Source: Squalus acanthias (taxonomy: Eukaryota). Taken from it: a stretch of DNA of 64,000 nucleotides. Below the pieces are notes generated by a model. The model searched no databases. It was not told the DNA's origin and worked only from the letters and a program-made list of their open reading frames with translations. Location of the stretch: NCBI GenBank assembly GCA_030390025.1, contig CM059432.1:80230001-80294000 (forward strand), given 5' to 3'. Shown here one piece after another: positions 1-12,700 of this stretch (positions within the stretch are counted from its first letter, which is position 1; each line of letters starts with the position of its first letter). Both the position numbers and the translations under genes were made by a program.

Positions 1-95
1 TATGAAGGCCAACATACCATTTGCCTTCTTAACCGCCTGCTGCACCTGCATGCTTACCTTCAATGACTGGTGCACAAGGACTCCCAGGTCTCGTA
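1..95 (-). mobile_element. CR1 LINE RT fragment (cut by window edge)
   Basis: Reverse complement reads DLGVLVHQSLKVSMQVQQAVKKANGMLAF, as in other CR1 copies here. Confidence 0.8.
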
Positions 96-183
96 CATAC
101 AAATGCTCATCAATGTGAGAGTGTGAATGAACAATCAATCATTCAGCTAGGTTGTATTAAGAGGATTTACTATATGAGGTTCC

Positions 184-872
184 CCAGGACCTCAAACCTG
201 GCACCAAGCTCATGGTCTACAGAACAGTAGTGATTCCTGCCCTCCTGTATGCTTCAAAGACATGGACCATGTACAGCAGGCACCTCAAAGCACTGGAGAG
301 GTAACACCAACGCTGCCTCCGCAAGATCCTGCAAATCCATTGGCAGGATAGGCGCACCAACGTCAGTGTTCTCGCTCAGGCCAACATCCTCAGCATCGAA
401 GCTTTGACCACGCTCAATCAGCTCCGATGGACGGGCCACATCGTCCGCATGCCCAATACGAGACTCCCAAAACAAGCGCTCGACTCGGAGCTCCGACACG
501 GGAAGAGAGCCCCAGGTAGGCAGAGGAAATGCTTCAAGGACACCCTCAAAGCCTCCTTGTAAAAGTGCAACATCCCCATCAACACCTGGGAACCCCTGGC
601 GCAAGACCGCTCAAAGTGGAGGAGAAGCATCTGGGAAGGCGCCGAACACCTCGAGTCTCTTCGCCGGGAGCAAGCGGAAGCCAAGTGCAAACAGCGGAAG
701 GAGCGCACGTCAACCCAAGCACCCCACCCACCCGCCCCTTCAACCACCGTCTGCTCCACCTGTGACAGAGACTGTCGGTCCCGCATTGGACTCATCAGTC
801 ACCTGAGAACTCATTTTTAGTGTGGAAGCAAGTCATCCTCGGTTCCGAGGGACTGCCTAAGAAGAAAAAGAA
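184..872 (+). mobile_element. RTE-clade LINE, 5'-truncated 3' end
   Basis: QLRWTGHIVRMP.TRLPKQ RT C-terminus, C-terminal zinc-finger-like segment, GAA-rich tail; same family as 30859-31680. Confidence 0.85.
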
Positions 873-1149
873 TATGATGTTCCTTTAAGATATCAGTATA
901 ACAGATTCAGATGTAAGCTGCAGTTTGGATCTGTGGCCTTCTGCAACATGACTACGTGTGGTAAGCGTTCAAAAGGGCTGCAAGGTTGTACGATTGTATT
1001 GAATGGGGCAGCAGTAAAAGTATTAACAGGTTATAAAGAAACATTTTGTGGGATGCGTACTTGGGGAAGCTACTTGGCATAGAAAACTGTTGGGTAAAAC
1101 AATGACAGCTTTCTTCAGGCCTACCACCTTCTTTTGCCTCTGTAGTCAG

Positions 1150-2258
1150 ATTGTCTGGGCGTTGTTGGCTAAGTGACAGAAAACAGAGAGTAGTGGTGAA
1201 TGGTTGTTTTGTGGACTGAAGGAAGGTATACAGTGGTGTTCCTCAGGATCCAGTACTAGGACCACTGCTTTTCTTGATGTATATTAATGACTTGGGACTT
1301 GAGAGTACAGGGCACAATTTCAAAATTTGCAGATGACACAAAACTTGGAAGTATAGTGAACAGTGAGGAGGATTGAGATAGACTTCAAGAAGACATAGAT
1401 AGGCTGATGAAATAGGCAGACAAGTGGCAGATGAAATTTAATGCAGAAAAGTGAGAAGTGATACATTTTGGTAGGAAGAATGAGGAAAGGCAATATAAAC
1501 TAAAGGATACAATCCTAAAGGGGGTGCATGAACAGAGAGACCTGGGGGTACAAATCATTGAAGGTGGCAGGGCAGGTTGAGAAAGCGGTTAAAAAAGCAT
1601 ACGGGATCCTGGGCTTTATAAATAGAGTCATAGAGTACATAAGCAAAGAAGTTATGATGAACCTTTATAAAACACTGGTTCGGCCTCAACTGGAGTATTG
1701 TGTCCAATTCTGGGCACCGCACTTTAGGAAGGATGTGAAGGCCTGAGAGAGGGTGCAAAAAAGATTTATGAGAATGGTTCCAGGGATGAGGGACTTCAGT
1801 TACGTGGACAGACTGGAGAAGCTGGGGTTGTTCTCCTTGGAGCAGAGAAGGTTGAGCGGAGATTTGATAGAGGTGTTCAAAATCATGATGGGTCTAGACA
1901 GAGTGGACAGAGAGAAACTGTTCCCGTTGGCGGAAGGGTCGAGAACCAGAGTACACAGATTTAAGGTGATTGGCAAAAAAACCAAAGGTGACATGTGGTA
2001 AAACTTTTTTACGCAGCAAGTGGTTAGGATCTGGAATGCACTGCCTGAAAGGGTGGTGGAGGTAGACTCAATCGTGGCTTTCAAAAGGGAATTGAATAAG
2101 TACCCTGGATAAGTACCTGAAAGAAAAAAAAATTGCAGGGTTACGGGGAAAAGGTGGAGGAGTGGGACTAGCTTAAGTGCTCTTGCAGAGGGCAGGCATG
2201 GGCTCGACAGGCAGAATGGCCTCCTTCTGTGCTGTAACCATTGTATGATTCTATGATT
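1150..2258 (+). mobile_element. CR1 LINE 3' fragment (degenerate)
   Basis: [17 protein letters not shown] and [13 protein letters not shown] motifs with stops; ATTCTATG-type tail. Confidence 0.9.
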
Positions 2259-2646
2259 GTTGACACTATTCGCCCCGTCTATTGCTAGGCTTATTGGACC
2301 ACTCCTTTCTGTGGAGGGTGTCCTTTAGTGCCTCAACTCATTCAGTAGGACTTCAAATACATCTCCAATCTATAAAAAATATTACATCTGGGAGCAATCG
2401 CTGCAAGGCAGTATAGCGACAGTGTGGGAGTCGATTTCAAAGTCCCTGTGATGATCCGACAAGATCAGCAAAATTGAGTTCATCATCAATTTTGGCTTGA
2501 GTGTGACCACAATTAATAACACAGGACAAGTCTGGCTGCTCAGAGTGTATTGGGGTCAGCTTCACATTTTGTGTTGGCCAATTTCTAGAGTACACAGTTC
2601 AGGGAGTTAACTTTCTTTTTCAGTTCTTGATGTGCTCTGTAAATAT

Positions 2647-3325
2647 CATCATAGGAACAGGAGTCGGCTAACCAGCTCCTCAAGCCTGTGAACCATTCAG
2701 TTAGATCATGGCTGATCTGTATCTTAACTCCATTTACTCGCCTTGGTTCCATAACCCTTAAAACCCCTGCCTAACAAAAATCTGTCCATTGCAGTTTTGA
2801 CATTTTCAATTGACTTAGCCTCCAAAGCTTTTTGGGGGAAGAGTTCCAGATTTCCACTCCCCTTTGTGTGAAGAAGTGCTTCCTGACATCACCGCTGAAC
2901 TGCCTAACACGAATCTTAAGGTAAAAGCAAAATACTGCGGATGCTGGAAATCTGAAAACATTTAATCGACATGAACCGTTAACTCTGTTTCTCTCTCCAC
3001 AGATGCTGCCTGACCTGCTGAGTGTTTCCAGCATTTTCTACTTTCATTTCTAATTTTAAGGTTATGCCCCCTTGTTCTGGATTCCCCCACAGAGGAAACA
3101 GTTTCCCTCTATCTACCTTATCAAATCCTTTAATCTTCTATATTCAAGGGAATACAAGCCTAGTCTCTGCAACCTGTCCTCATCATTCTGGTGAATTTGC
3201 GATGCAACCCCTCCAAGGTCAATATATCCTTCCTGAGGCACGGTGCCCAGAATTAAACAGTTTGCAGGATGAGGTACAACCAGACCTTTATATAACTGTA
3301 ACATAATTTCCACCTCTTTGTATTT
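2647..3325 (-). mobile_element. CR1 LINE 3' fragment
   Basis: CR1 3'UTR and RT C-terminus on the minus strand, interrupted at 2922-3050. Confidence 0.8.
2922..3050. mobile_element. Penelope-like pLTR fragment with inverted 5' piece, inserted in CR1
   Basis: Inverted and direct pieces of the pLTR seen at 33620-33757; flanked by AATCTTAAGGT / AATTTTAAGGT. Confidence 0.7.
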
Positions 3326-4779
3326 TGTGCTCCATTATAAATTCGTATGTCCATATTTATAATGGAAACTGCCAATGTAAGCTTGTCACATTGTAATTAC
3401 ACTCTCCCTCCAACGGTGATGCTATGGAGCCTCAGTTTTGCATCTTTCAGCCTGTACTGCAGAGAAACTCCTATGCTCTAACGAACTCTACTTATCTGCT
3501 TCCCAAATTTCCATATGGTTTGATATTTAAAGATAAATCTATTATAGATTAAAACAGTAGATGGGTCACATCATTCCATTTCAAAATGCATGGAAAACCT
3601 TTATGCGAACTGTCTTTATAGTATTTTTCTAATATTACCTACAATATCAGTTTACCTGTAGGTGGTGCTGCGATGGGAGTTTTCAATGTTAAATCTTAGC
3701 TAACATTAGTAACACTGCTAAATCAGTTAGAGGACAGGATTAAGAAAACATCTGGTCAACCTGCATGCAGGTGTAGGATCTGGTCAATGGGTGTTGCTGT
3801 GAAACAGCCTAAGTTTTTCAGCCTCAGTGGTGTCAGCTGTGTTGATAAAGGTAAGAAAAAAGACAAGGAGGAAATTGTACAATTAGTTTCAAATCTATTT
3901 GAACTTTTAAATTTATATTTTAATTGTATAAATATCACTAACCTTTCTCATTTTCTTCTCCAGATAGTGTGCTGTTGTGTCTATGGGCTCTGTGATTCTT
4001 GCCCCATTATCTGTGAGCCTGGCTTGGATATGGCTGTTGCAGCCAATATTACTCACCTCCTGTTCAGCTAGCTGTTTCTTCCCTAGGACTGGTTTGGCTG
4101 GGTAGACAATCCCCCTCCTCCTACCCCGTGCTGTTGTTAGCTGCGGTGCTTGTGCCTGAAGTGGCGAGAGTTGGAACGACTTCTCTATCACCCTCCCCTT
4201 CTGCTTCTCATTGTTCTCCCTCACTCTCTCCCATCCCTTCTTGCCCCCATTTCTCTTCCTTGCCCATTACCCTCTTTTTCCTTGCTTCTCTTTCCTCCCC
4301 CTCCCCATTCCTCTGCCTTGTTGCAATTATCCCCCATCAACCTCTAACCCTTCTTGACCTGAAAATAGCACTTGCTCTCAGCCATGAGATTGATTAATAA
4401 AATTAATATCTAAAAATAAAAACAGAATGTAGAACTTCAAAATGGGGACTGAATTGCGATTGTGCCTCCTGTACCAATTATCCCCCGTCCTCTAACCCTG
4501 CTTCACTACACTTGGTCTCAACTCCGTGTGTGCGGCACCATAAATGATGGACTAGCATTTCTAATTTTATATTTATTACTTTTTCTTTATTTTAAATCTT
4601 GTTAGAGTATATATTTATGTGCATAAGATGAAGTCCTCTTTATTACCATGCACTATCGTCAAATCTATCTCTTAGCCAATTATGCAAAATCAATGTTAGA
4701 AGCACAATACCAACATTGAAAGATTTTTTTTTCCTCTTAAGGATTTAGTAATAAAAAGTATGAAAAATTAGCTACCTAC

Positions 4780-4855
4780 CTTGACCTGTTCATTGATGTT
4801 CTTTAATGCTTCCACTTCCTGTTCAGTCTTTGGAACTAATCGAATTACTTGATCT
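4780..4855 (-). CDS. CPA6: Carboxypeptidase A6, coding exon 2 (prodomain)
   Basis: 76-nt exon bounded by TAG and GTAGGT. It encodes (G)DQVIRLVPKTEQEVEALKNINEQVK, compared with recalled human [26 protein letters not shown]. The phase fits exon 1 (GG+A=Gly). Confidence 0.92.
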
Positions 4856-5017
4856 CTAGTTTTTTTTTTAAAAAAAGCAAATTTATTTTTGTTGTAAATT
4901 TCTCTTCAAACATGCAGCATAACAAGACTTTGCTAAACATGCTTTATCTTTCAAACTATATTTTGACTTATCATTTTTATTGTCACTAAATCTATGGTAG
5001 ATAGTAATTTAAATATT

Positions 5018-5781
5018 GGCCCAAAAATTAGTGTTGCTACGCAAGAGTACGCACTGTGTACTCTCACGTATTCTGTCTCCAATTGCCGGTTTTCTGCATG
5101 CACTGCGCATGCGCTGAAAACCGGCACTTGGTGATTTCAAAAGGGGGCGGTTCCTAGGTGAACCGCGTGCGCGCTACAGGCTGCGCGCACGCAGTGCACT
5201 TAGTGCTTTGAACGCGCAGGTAAGTATGGAAGATTTTGCACATAAAGAAAGGAGGCGCAAGACCCTCTTTTAACAAGGTAAGTAGTTAATTAAGTATTAT
5301 TTTGAATTTTTTTCAACAGGTATATCTTTTTTAGAGACTTTAAAGAAAGGTAAGTTTATGTTTATAACTTTTTAAAAGATTTTAAATTCTTTTTAAAAGA
5401 TTTTAAATTTTTTCAAAAATTTAATTTTTTGTTTAAAATGGTTAATTTATTTAACTATACTTATTTTATTAATGTGATGGTTTTTAAAAAAATTTAATTG
5501 AGGTTTAGCTGTTCTTTTAGGGGGGTATAGATTCATAGCTTTCACAGCACTTGTTGTGAAAGCTATGAATGAAAGATGGTGTGCTGCCATTGGCTCTAAC
5601 TGAGTCACGTGATCCCACAGCTCGCACGAATTAACTGCGCCTGTGGGATACGGAAGCCCTGCACAGCTGCTGTCCAGAACATCAAGTTTGTGCGAGCTGG
5701 GAATGAAAAAGCCAGCGCGCAGTGAGAGATCGCGGGGAAGCCTTACCCTCGCACGAAGGCTCCCTCACTAATTTTTGGGCC
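5018..5781 (+). mobile_element. Harbinger-type MITE, family A copy 1
   Basis: Perfect 16-bp TIR GGCCCAAAAATTAGTG / CACTAATTTTTGGGCC with a 3-bp TSD ATT; homologous to 14518, 19919 and 56372. Confidence 0.9.
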
Positions 5782-6369
5782 ATTGTACTTTTACAAAAAA
5801 TAATATTCCTGTAGAATATATCTGTTTCCCACAATGTGTTTATTTATTTTAATCATCCAGAATGTGGACCATTTCTGGAGATTATGACATCAAATTCAGT
5901 TTGGCCCCTATTTTCTGCTTCATTACACCTCATAAATTACTGCAATCAGGGAGTAATGGGGTGTAAATATGGGCACAGATCACTTGTACTTGATTTCTGC
6001 CTATAACGACCATTTCCATTGAGCATTATGACAAGTGCAGGAAGCTCCTGCCAGAAAGAGACCATCACTTCCTTACAATAAATGCAGCAGAGGTGATGTC
6101 ATTTTGACGTCCGCGTTGTTTCCCAGCATTTACACTGGATTATCAATATGCCCGTGCAAAATGGGCATCCAGGATTACGAGGATACAGAAGCTTTGATTT
6201 AAAGGGACAGAGGAAGGGAAAATACAATCTTTGAAGGATACTTTGTAAACGTTCTTATGTAAAAAAATGTTTCCAATTGTTGCCCAGTTAGTCGTTCAGA
6301 TGCCTTTGTGAAAAGCTTTGTGCAGTTGCCGTATTTTGCTTGTATCGTCATAAATTTGGACAATGGGTT

Positions 6370-6660
6370 TTCCTATGGGTTAAATTCCTGGAAGAGCAGC
6401 AGCAACAACAGAGGAATATCAGGCAGGTAAGGTTGCACCACAGGAGAGCTGTACCCACCCACTGTTGCCCACTCACTCACAAACACAAAAGAAGTACACG
6501 TAAATTGATTTGTCCCAAGAACTCTATGTCCAAAGGCTCTGATTTATAAAAGGAGGCACTGGCAAAGTTATGCAGCCTTCTGTAATCTGACTGGCATCCA
6601 AGTTCCAATACAAGTGTGGCATTGCCAGTGGCTGTGAAAGGCATGTGAGCCTTACATTTT
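6370..6660 (+). pseudogene. Degenerate Harbinger (HARBI1-like) transposase N-terminal remnant
   Basis: About 6507-6640 translates as DLSQELYVQRL*FIK/EALAKLCSLL*SDWHPSSNTSVALPVAVK, resembling the RLRF.K....LC.LL..DL.P......ALPV.VK motif. Confidence 0.65.
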
Positions 6661-7329
6661 AAACCTCAGGCTTATTCAAGACATGTCTCAAAGCTATCCT
6701 ATGGAGAGTGCATCCTGGAGTGCCAAACAGGGCAACTCTCCTTACACCTGCCTCGTGCATTATAATATCCACTTTATCAACCATGAAACATGGGGTTAGG
6801 TGCTTAGCTGCTCTGTTATTTACCCATAGATTATGTTTCAAGACTCCACATTAGGTTTCTATTTACTTCATTTTTGCCTGGTATTTCTTTCCCCCTTCAT
6901 TCTGGGCAAAGAATTCCAACAAGTTTAATTGTCTTTTGAGCATGTCAAAAGGCTGCAAGAATTTTTGCTTTCTTTGCGGCCGCTTACCTTTAAGTTTCTA
7001 AATTGTGATTAGATGTGACAAGTAAAATTTTGCATTTGAAATGTTGCATTGATTATTTTTTATGTTCTGCCTAATTGGAGCAGTTGAACCTCTTTTACTT
7101 ATGTGTACCTGCGTGCAACTGAGATAAAACACTAAAATAAGAACATAAGGGAAAGGATTAAATTAAAGGAGGGAAATCTTGAAAGACTATCATCTTTCAA
7201 GTAAGGAGGGGAAACCTGGATTTAAAAAGTCCTGATTTTAGACAAGGTATACAAGAGAAGCTCTTTGGTAATGATACTATCGCAGAGATGTTTGAAAAGG
7301 AAAAGTGCAAGTCATATAAACTCCACAAT

Positions 7330-7770
7330 AATTTGCATTTATATAGCACCTTTAATGTAGTAAAACATCCCAAGGCACTTCACAGCAACGTTAGAAAACA
7401 TAATTTGACACCAAGCCACATAAGGCGATATTAGGGCAGACTTGGTCAAAGAGGTAGGTTTTAAGGAACATCTTAAAAGGAGGAAAGAGAGGTAGAGAGG
7501 CGGAGAGGTTTAGGGAGGGAATTCCAGAACTTAGGGCCTTGGCAGCTGAAGGAACGGCCACCAATGGTGGAGCAATTATTATCAGGGATGCTCAAGAGGC
7601 CAGAATTAGAGGAGCGCAGATATCTCGGGGGGCTTATGGGGCTGGAAGAAATTGCAGAGAGGGGTGAGGCCATGCATGGATTTGAAAACAAGGATGAGAA
7701 TTTTAAAATCGAGGAGTTGCTTAACTGGGAGCCAATGTAGGTCAGCAAGCAGAGGGGTGATGGGTGAACT
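7330..7770 (-). mobile_element. L2 LINE 3' end
   Basis: LRSSNSGLLSIP...TIGGRSFSCQGPKFWNSLP; 3' tail GCTATATAAATGCAA shared with the Deu-SINE tail. Confidence 0.8.
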
Positions 7771-7876
7771 CAAGAGAACTGAGTTAAAATTTTAGTGATT
7801 GCAACTGTTTCAAAAAGAGCAGTTCTCATTTATGGATTCATCGATTTTAATGCTACAAATAATTATTGAAATGAGT

Positions 7877-8400
7877 GATCATAGAAATTACAGCAGAGAT
7901 GAAGGCCCTTTGTCCCACTGCGCAGGTGCTGGTTCTAGCTCTTCAGCTGGAGATCTCTCATTTCCCTAATCTTTCCCCATATTCCTTTTATATACTTTTC
8001 CCCCAAATATTTAACCAATTCCCTACTACTTTTGGTACAGCATTCCGGTCTCGTGGTCCACTGTATCAAAAGCTTTCTTCTAACTTCCCTCTTTGTTCTT
8101 CTAGTGATAACCCCGGGAGTGTCCCACTGGTTCACCAACCAGTGGAAACAATCTTTCACTATTTGCCCTCTCAACATCTTATATAATTTTGAAAAACTCT
8201 TAGATCTCCCTTAACTTTCTCTGTTCCAGTGAAAATGCCCCAATCATTCAAACTTTTCTTCATAAATGCAACTTGTCATTTCTGATATAATTCTGGTGAA
8301 TCTTCACTGTACCCTTTCCATGTGTCTGATATCCCTGCTCAAAACTGCACACAATACTCCAACTGTGGCCTAACCAAATTCAGTATCACTTCCTTTCTAC
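7877..8400 (-). mobile_element. Old CR1 3' fragment
   Basis: Degenerate [12 protein letters not shown] and CR1 3'UTR on the minus strand. Confidence 0.6.
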
Positions 8401-8418
8401 TTCATTCAGTACCACTAT

Positions 8419-9150
8419 GGCCCATAATTTGCAGTCAGCAGCGATGCGACGGCGATCGCTGCTGAGCTCGAAGAAAGCTGCCCAGAGATCGCGAAAGTTA
8501 GGTTTCTCGACGTGTAATTGATTGTAGTGCTGTGAAAAAGGGATTCCTAGCGTAGTGCAGCAGTGACATCATCAAGTTGTCTAAGCAGCCAGTCACATTG
8601 AACAATTCTCACAGCAGCAAACCAGGAAATGAAAAGCACTGATTATCTGCACTTTTTAAAAATGTTAGAGAGCGAAATAAAGATTGGGACATACACATGG
8701 GGTTAAGGTAGAAGCTGAAATATCAAGAACAAACTTAAAAAAATTATTTTTAAATTGTAATTTTTATCATAATGGAGATATTTGACATTCCACAAATATA
8801 AAAATTAGTTTTTCAGGGCCAGAACGGTTGTTTAGCAGTCAATATGCTGTTAAAACCCCTATTACACCTATTCCAACCAGGTTTAACATTTAATGGGGTA
8901 ATTAACAACGATATTAGCGCGGAAAAGCTAACGTTTTCGTTAATTCCACTGATTTTACTGATTGCCGGTTATGGGAGGTGGGAGTTCCACAGCGCAGCCT
9001 GTGTCGGAGCAGTGACTGACTGACCGCAACTTCAGGATTTACGCGTTTAGATGCGCATTGGCTAAATCCTAAAGTTACGGTCAGTTTCAGAGGGGTAATG
9101 ACGGCGAACGCTTACATTTCGCCGACATTACCCATCGCAATATGCAGGCC
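8419..9150 (+). mobile_element. Harbinger-type MITE, family B copy 1
   Basis: Imperfect TIR GGCCCATAATTTGC / GCAATATGCAGGCC, TSD TAT; homologous to 20702, 40589 and 52637. Confidence 0.8.
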
Positions 9151-9254
9151 TATATATCTATAAAACCCACAATCCTACTCTCAACTAACATTTTTAGTCC
9201 CCTTCAGATAAAATTGATTTGGAATTGTGTTGCATTCTTCTTCCAAGTAAGGTG

Positions 9255-9725
9255 TCATCCTTGGCTCAGTGTTAGCACTCTTTCCTCTGATTCAGACTGT
9301 CATAGGTTCAAACCCCATTCCAGGGTTTTGAGCACATAATCTAGTCTGAAGCTTCAGTGTAGTACTGAGGTAGTGCTGCACTCTCGGAGGTGTCACCTTT
9401 CAGATGAGCTGTCAAATCGAGGAAGCCCTGTCTACCCTTTCAGGTGGATGTAAAAAAAAAGCCCTTGGCACTATTTAAAGAAGAGCAGGGAGTTCTTCTG
9501 GTTTCTTGGACAATATTTATCACTCAACCAACATCACTAAAACAGTATTTATCATTGGTATTGATCTCATTGCTGTCTGTGGGACCTTGCTATGCATAAA
9601 TTGACTGCCGCGTTTCCTTGCATTACAACCATAACTACACTTCAAAAAAGTATTTCATTGGCTGTAAAGTGCTTTGGGATGTCTGGAGGTTGTGATAGGC
9701 GCTATATAAATGTTAATCTTTCTTT
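9255..9725 (+). mobile_element. tRNA-derived Deu-domain SINE (SacSINE1/AmnSINE1-like)
   Basis: A box TGGCTCAGTG, B box GGTTCAAACCC, Deu-like core (GCACTATTTAAAGAAGAGCAGGGGAGTTC) and L2-type tail. Confidence 0.8.
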
Positions 9726-12700
9726 GTTAAGCGGTACTTTTATTTTGAGGAATCAATTCCACTTGAATTTTATTAGTGAACCAAATCTCAGTGTGGTCCA
9801 AAAATGAACTGAGTCATTGAGAAAGAGTTTTTTTAATGTAGCATGTAAACAACATTATATCACTGGGAAGTCACAGCACAACACTGAAGTTGCTGATAGT
9901 GAAAAGGACTGAGTAAGGATTCCAATTCTTATACCAGTTTTTGTTACCAACTTTGTCTCACACAGGTCAAATGTGACTATGAAACCAAGAAGCTGAATTC
10001 CTTGAAGATAATTTGCAATCCCTGGAGAACTAAGTCAGCAACTTCACAGTTGTTTCATCATTTGCTATTCAAAGGCACGACAAATGCGCTGAGCATCGAA
10101 AGAAACACTCCGTTTGAGTTATGATACTGAAAGTGTCACAAATCAACTGTTTGCTTTGAAACCAAATTAGCAATCAGTTTTTCATCCATTATGGTTTTTA
10201 CAAGCTTTAACACAATTAGCATGGGGGATATTAATAATTATCAGGGTAGATTTTAACACTTGGCTGGCTGACCAGCCGGAGGGAGGCCAGGTCTATTTTG
10301 ACGGATGGGCCTCATTACCTCGTGCAGCTCGCGAGCAGGAAGGTGGGTCCAGGGTGGGAGGAGCACTCCTGCTCCTCAAAAATAATTTCCCACTTACCTT
10401 TTTTGGGACCTCTTCCTCTTCACTGCCCGGCACAAACAGTTGAGAAGCCTGCACAGCACAGCTGGTGCCCAGTGTCAAGCAAAACTGCACTGGTGTACAC
10501 AGGACCCTGATTTGCATGCACTAAGAACGTAAGAAATAGGAGCAGGAGTAGGCCATTCGGCCCCTCGAGCCTGCTCTGCCATTCAATACGATCATGGCTG
10601 ATCTTCTACCTCAACTCCACTTTTCTGCATTATCCTCACATCCCTTGATTCCCTTAATATTCAAAAATCTATCGATCTCTGTCTTGAATATACTCAGTGA
10701 CTGAGCCTCCACAGCCCTCTGGGGTACAGAATACCAAAAATTCATCACCCTCTGAGTGAAGAAATTTCTCCTCATCTCAGTCCTAAATGGCCGACCCCTT
10801 ATTCTGAGACTGTGACCCCTGGTTCTAGTCTCCCCAGCCAGTGGAAACATCCTCCCTGCATCTACCCTGCCAAGTCTTCTAAGAATTTTGTATGTTTCAA
10901 TGAGATCACCTATCACTCTTCTAAACTCTAGAGAATATAGGCCTAGTCTACTCAATCTCTCCTCATAGGACAATCCCCATCATTGATATAGATTGTGAAT
11001 AGTTGAGGCCCAAGCACTGATCCTTGCGGTACCTCACTAGTTACAGCCTGCCAACCCGAAAATGACCCATTTATTCCTACTGTTTTCTATCCGTTAACCA
11101 ATCCTCAATCCACGCTACTATATTACCCCCAATCCCATGAGCCCTCATTTTGTTTAATAACCTCTTGTGTAGCACCTTATCGAATGCCTTCTGAAAATGC
11201 AAATACACCATATTCACTGGTTCCCCCTTATCTATTCTGCTAGTTACAACCTTTAAAAAACTCCAACAGATTTGTCAAACACGATTTCCCTTTCATACAT
11301 CCGTGTTGACTCTGCCCAATCCTATTATTATTTTCTAAGTGCCCTGTTACCACATCCTTAATAACAAACTCTAGCATTTTCCCTACTATTAATGTCAAGC
11401 TAACTGGTCTGTAGTTCCCTGTTTTCTCTCCCTCCTTTCTTAAATAGTGGGGTTACATTTATTACCTTCCAATCCACGGGAACCGTTCTAGAATCTATAG
11501 AATTTTGGAAGATGACAACCAATGCATCCATTATCTCTATAGCAACCTCTTTGAAAGCCCTAGGATGTAGGCCATCAGGTCCAGGGGATTTATCGGCTTT
11601 CAGTCTCATTAATTTCTCCAATACTATTTTTTTTTTTACTAATGCTAATTTCAGTTCCTCATTCTCCACTATTTCTGGGAAGTTTTTTGCGTCTTCTTCC
11701 GTGAAGACAGTCACAAAGTATTTGTTTAATTTCTCTGCCATTTCCTTATTCCCCATTATAATTTCCCCTGTCTCAGCCTGTAAGGGACCCACGTTTACCT
11801 TCGCTAATCTTTTCCTTTCTACATACCTATAGAAGCTTTAACAGTCTGTTTTTATGTCTCTCGCTAGTTTACTCTCATTCTATTTTCCCTTTCTTTATCA
11901 ATGTCTTGGTCCTCCTTTGCTGAATTCTAAAATCCTCCCAATCCTCAGGCTTACTACTCTTTCTGGCAAAAAATATAAGCCTCTTCCTTTGATCGAATAC
12001 TATCTTTAACTTCTCTTATTAGCCACGGTTGGACTACTTTTGCTGTGGGGTTTTTGTGCCTTAAAAGGAATGGATATTTGTTGTAAATTATGTATTAATT
12101 CTTTAAATGATAGCCATTGCTGGTCTACCGTCATACCTTTTAATGTAGTTTCCCAATCTACCTTAGCCAACTCACCTCTCATACCTACGTAGTTTGCTTT
12201 GTTTAGATTTAAGACCCAAGTTTCGGATTTGACTAAATCACTTTCAAACTCAATATAAAATGTTATCATATTATGGCCACTCTTCCCTAAAGGCCCCTTT
12301 ACTACAAGGTTATTAATTAACCCTTTCTCATTGCACAATACTAGATCTAAAATAACCGGTTCCCTAGTCGGTTCCTCAACATACTGATTTAGAAAACTAT
12401 CTTGCATACATTCCATGAATTCGTCCTCCACACTATTGCTGCAAATTTGGTTTGCCCAGTCTATATGTAGATTAATGTCCCCCACGATGCCTATAATTTC
12501 CTGATTTATACTCTTTCCTACATTACAACTATTGTTTGGGGGCCTATAAACAACTCCCACCAATGTTTTCTGCCCCTTGCTGTTTCTTACCACCATCCAA
12601 ACTGATTCTACTACTTGATTTTTGGAGCGAAGATACTTTCTCTCTACTGTCTTTCTCCCATCCTTTATCAGGGCTACCCCTCCTCCTTTTCCATTTTGCC

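Noticed and set aside
254..795. Antisense ORFs over RTE/CR1 copies (also many elsewhere)
   Set aside because: Shadow frames of LINE coding sequence.
3636..3760. Candidate CPA6 exon 3 (CAG|GTTGAC = VD...)
   Set aside because: Reads VDQMFS* and lacks the expected W.P motif.
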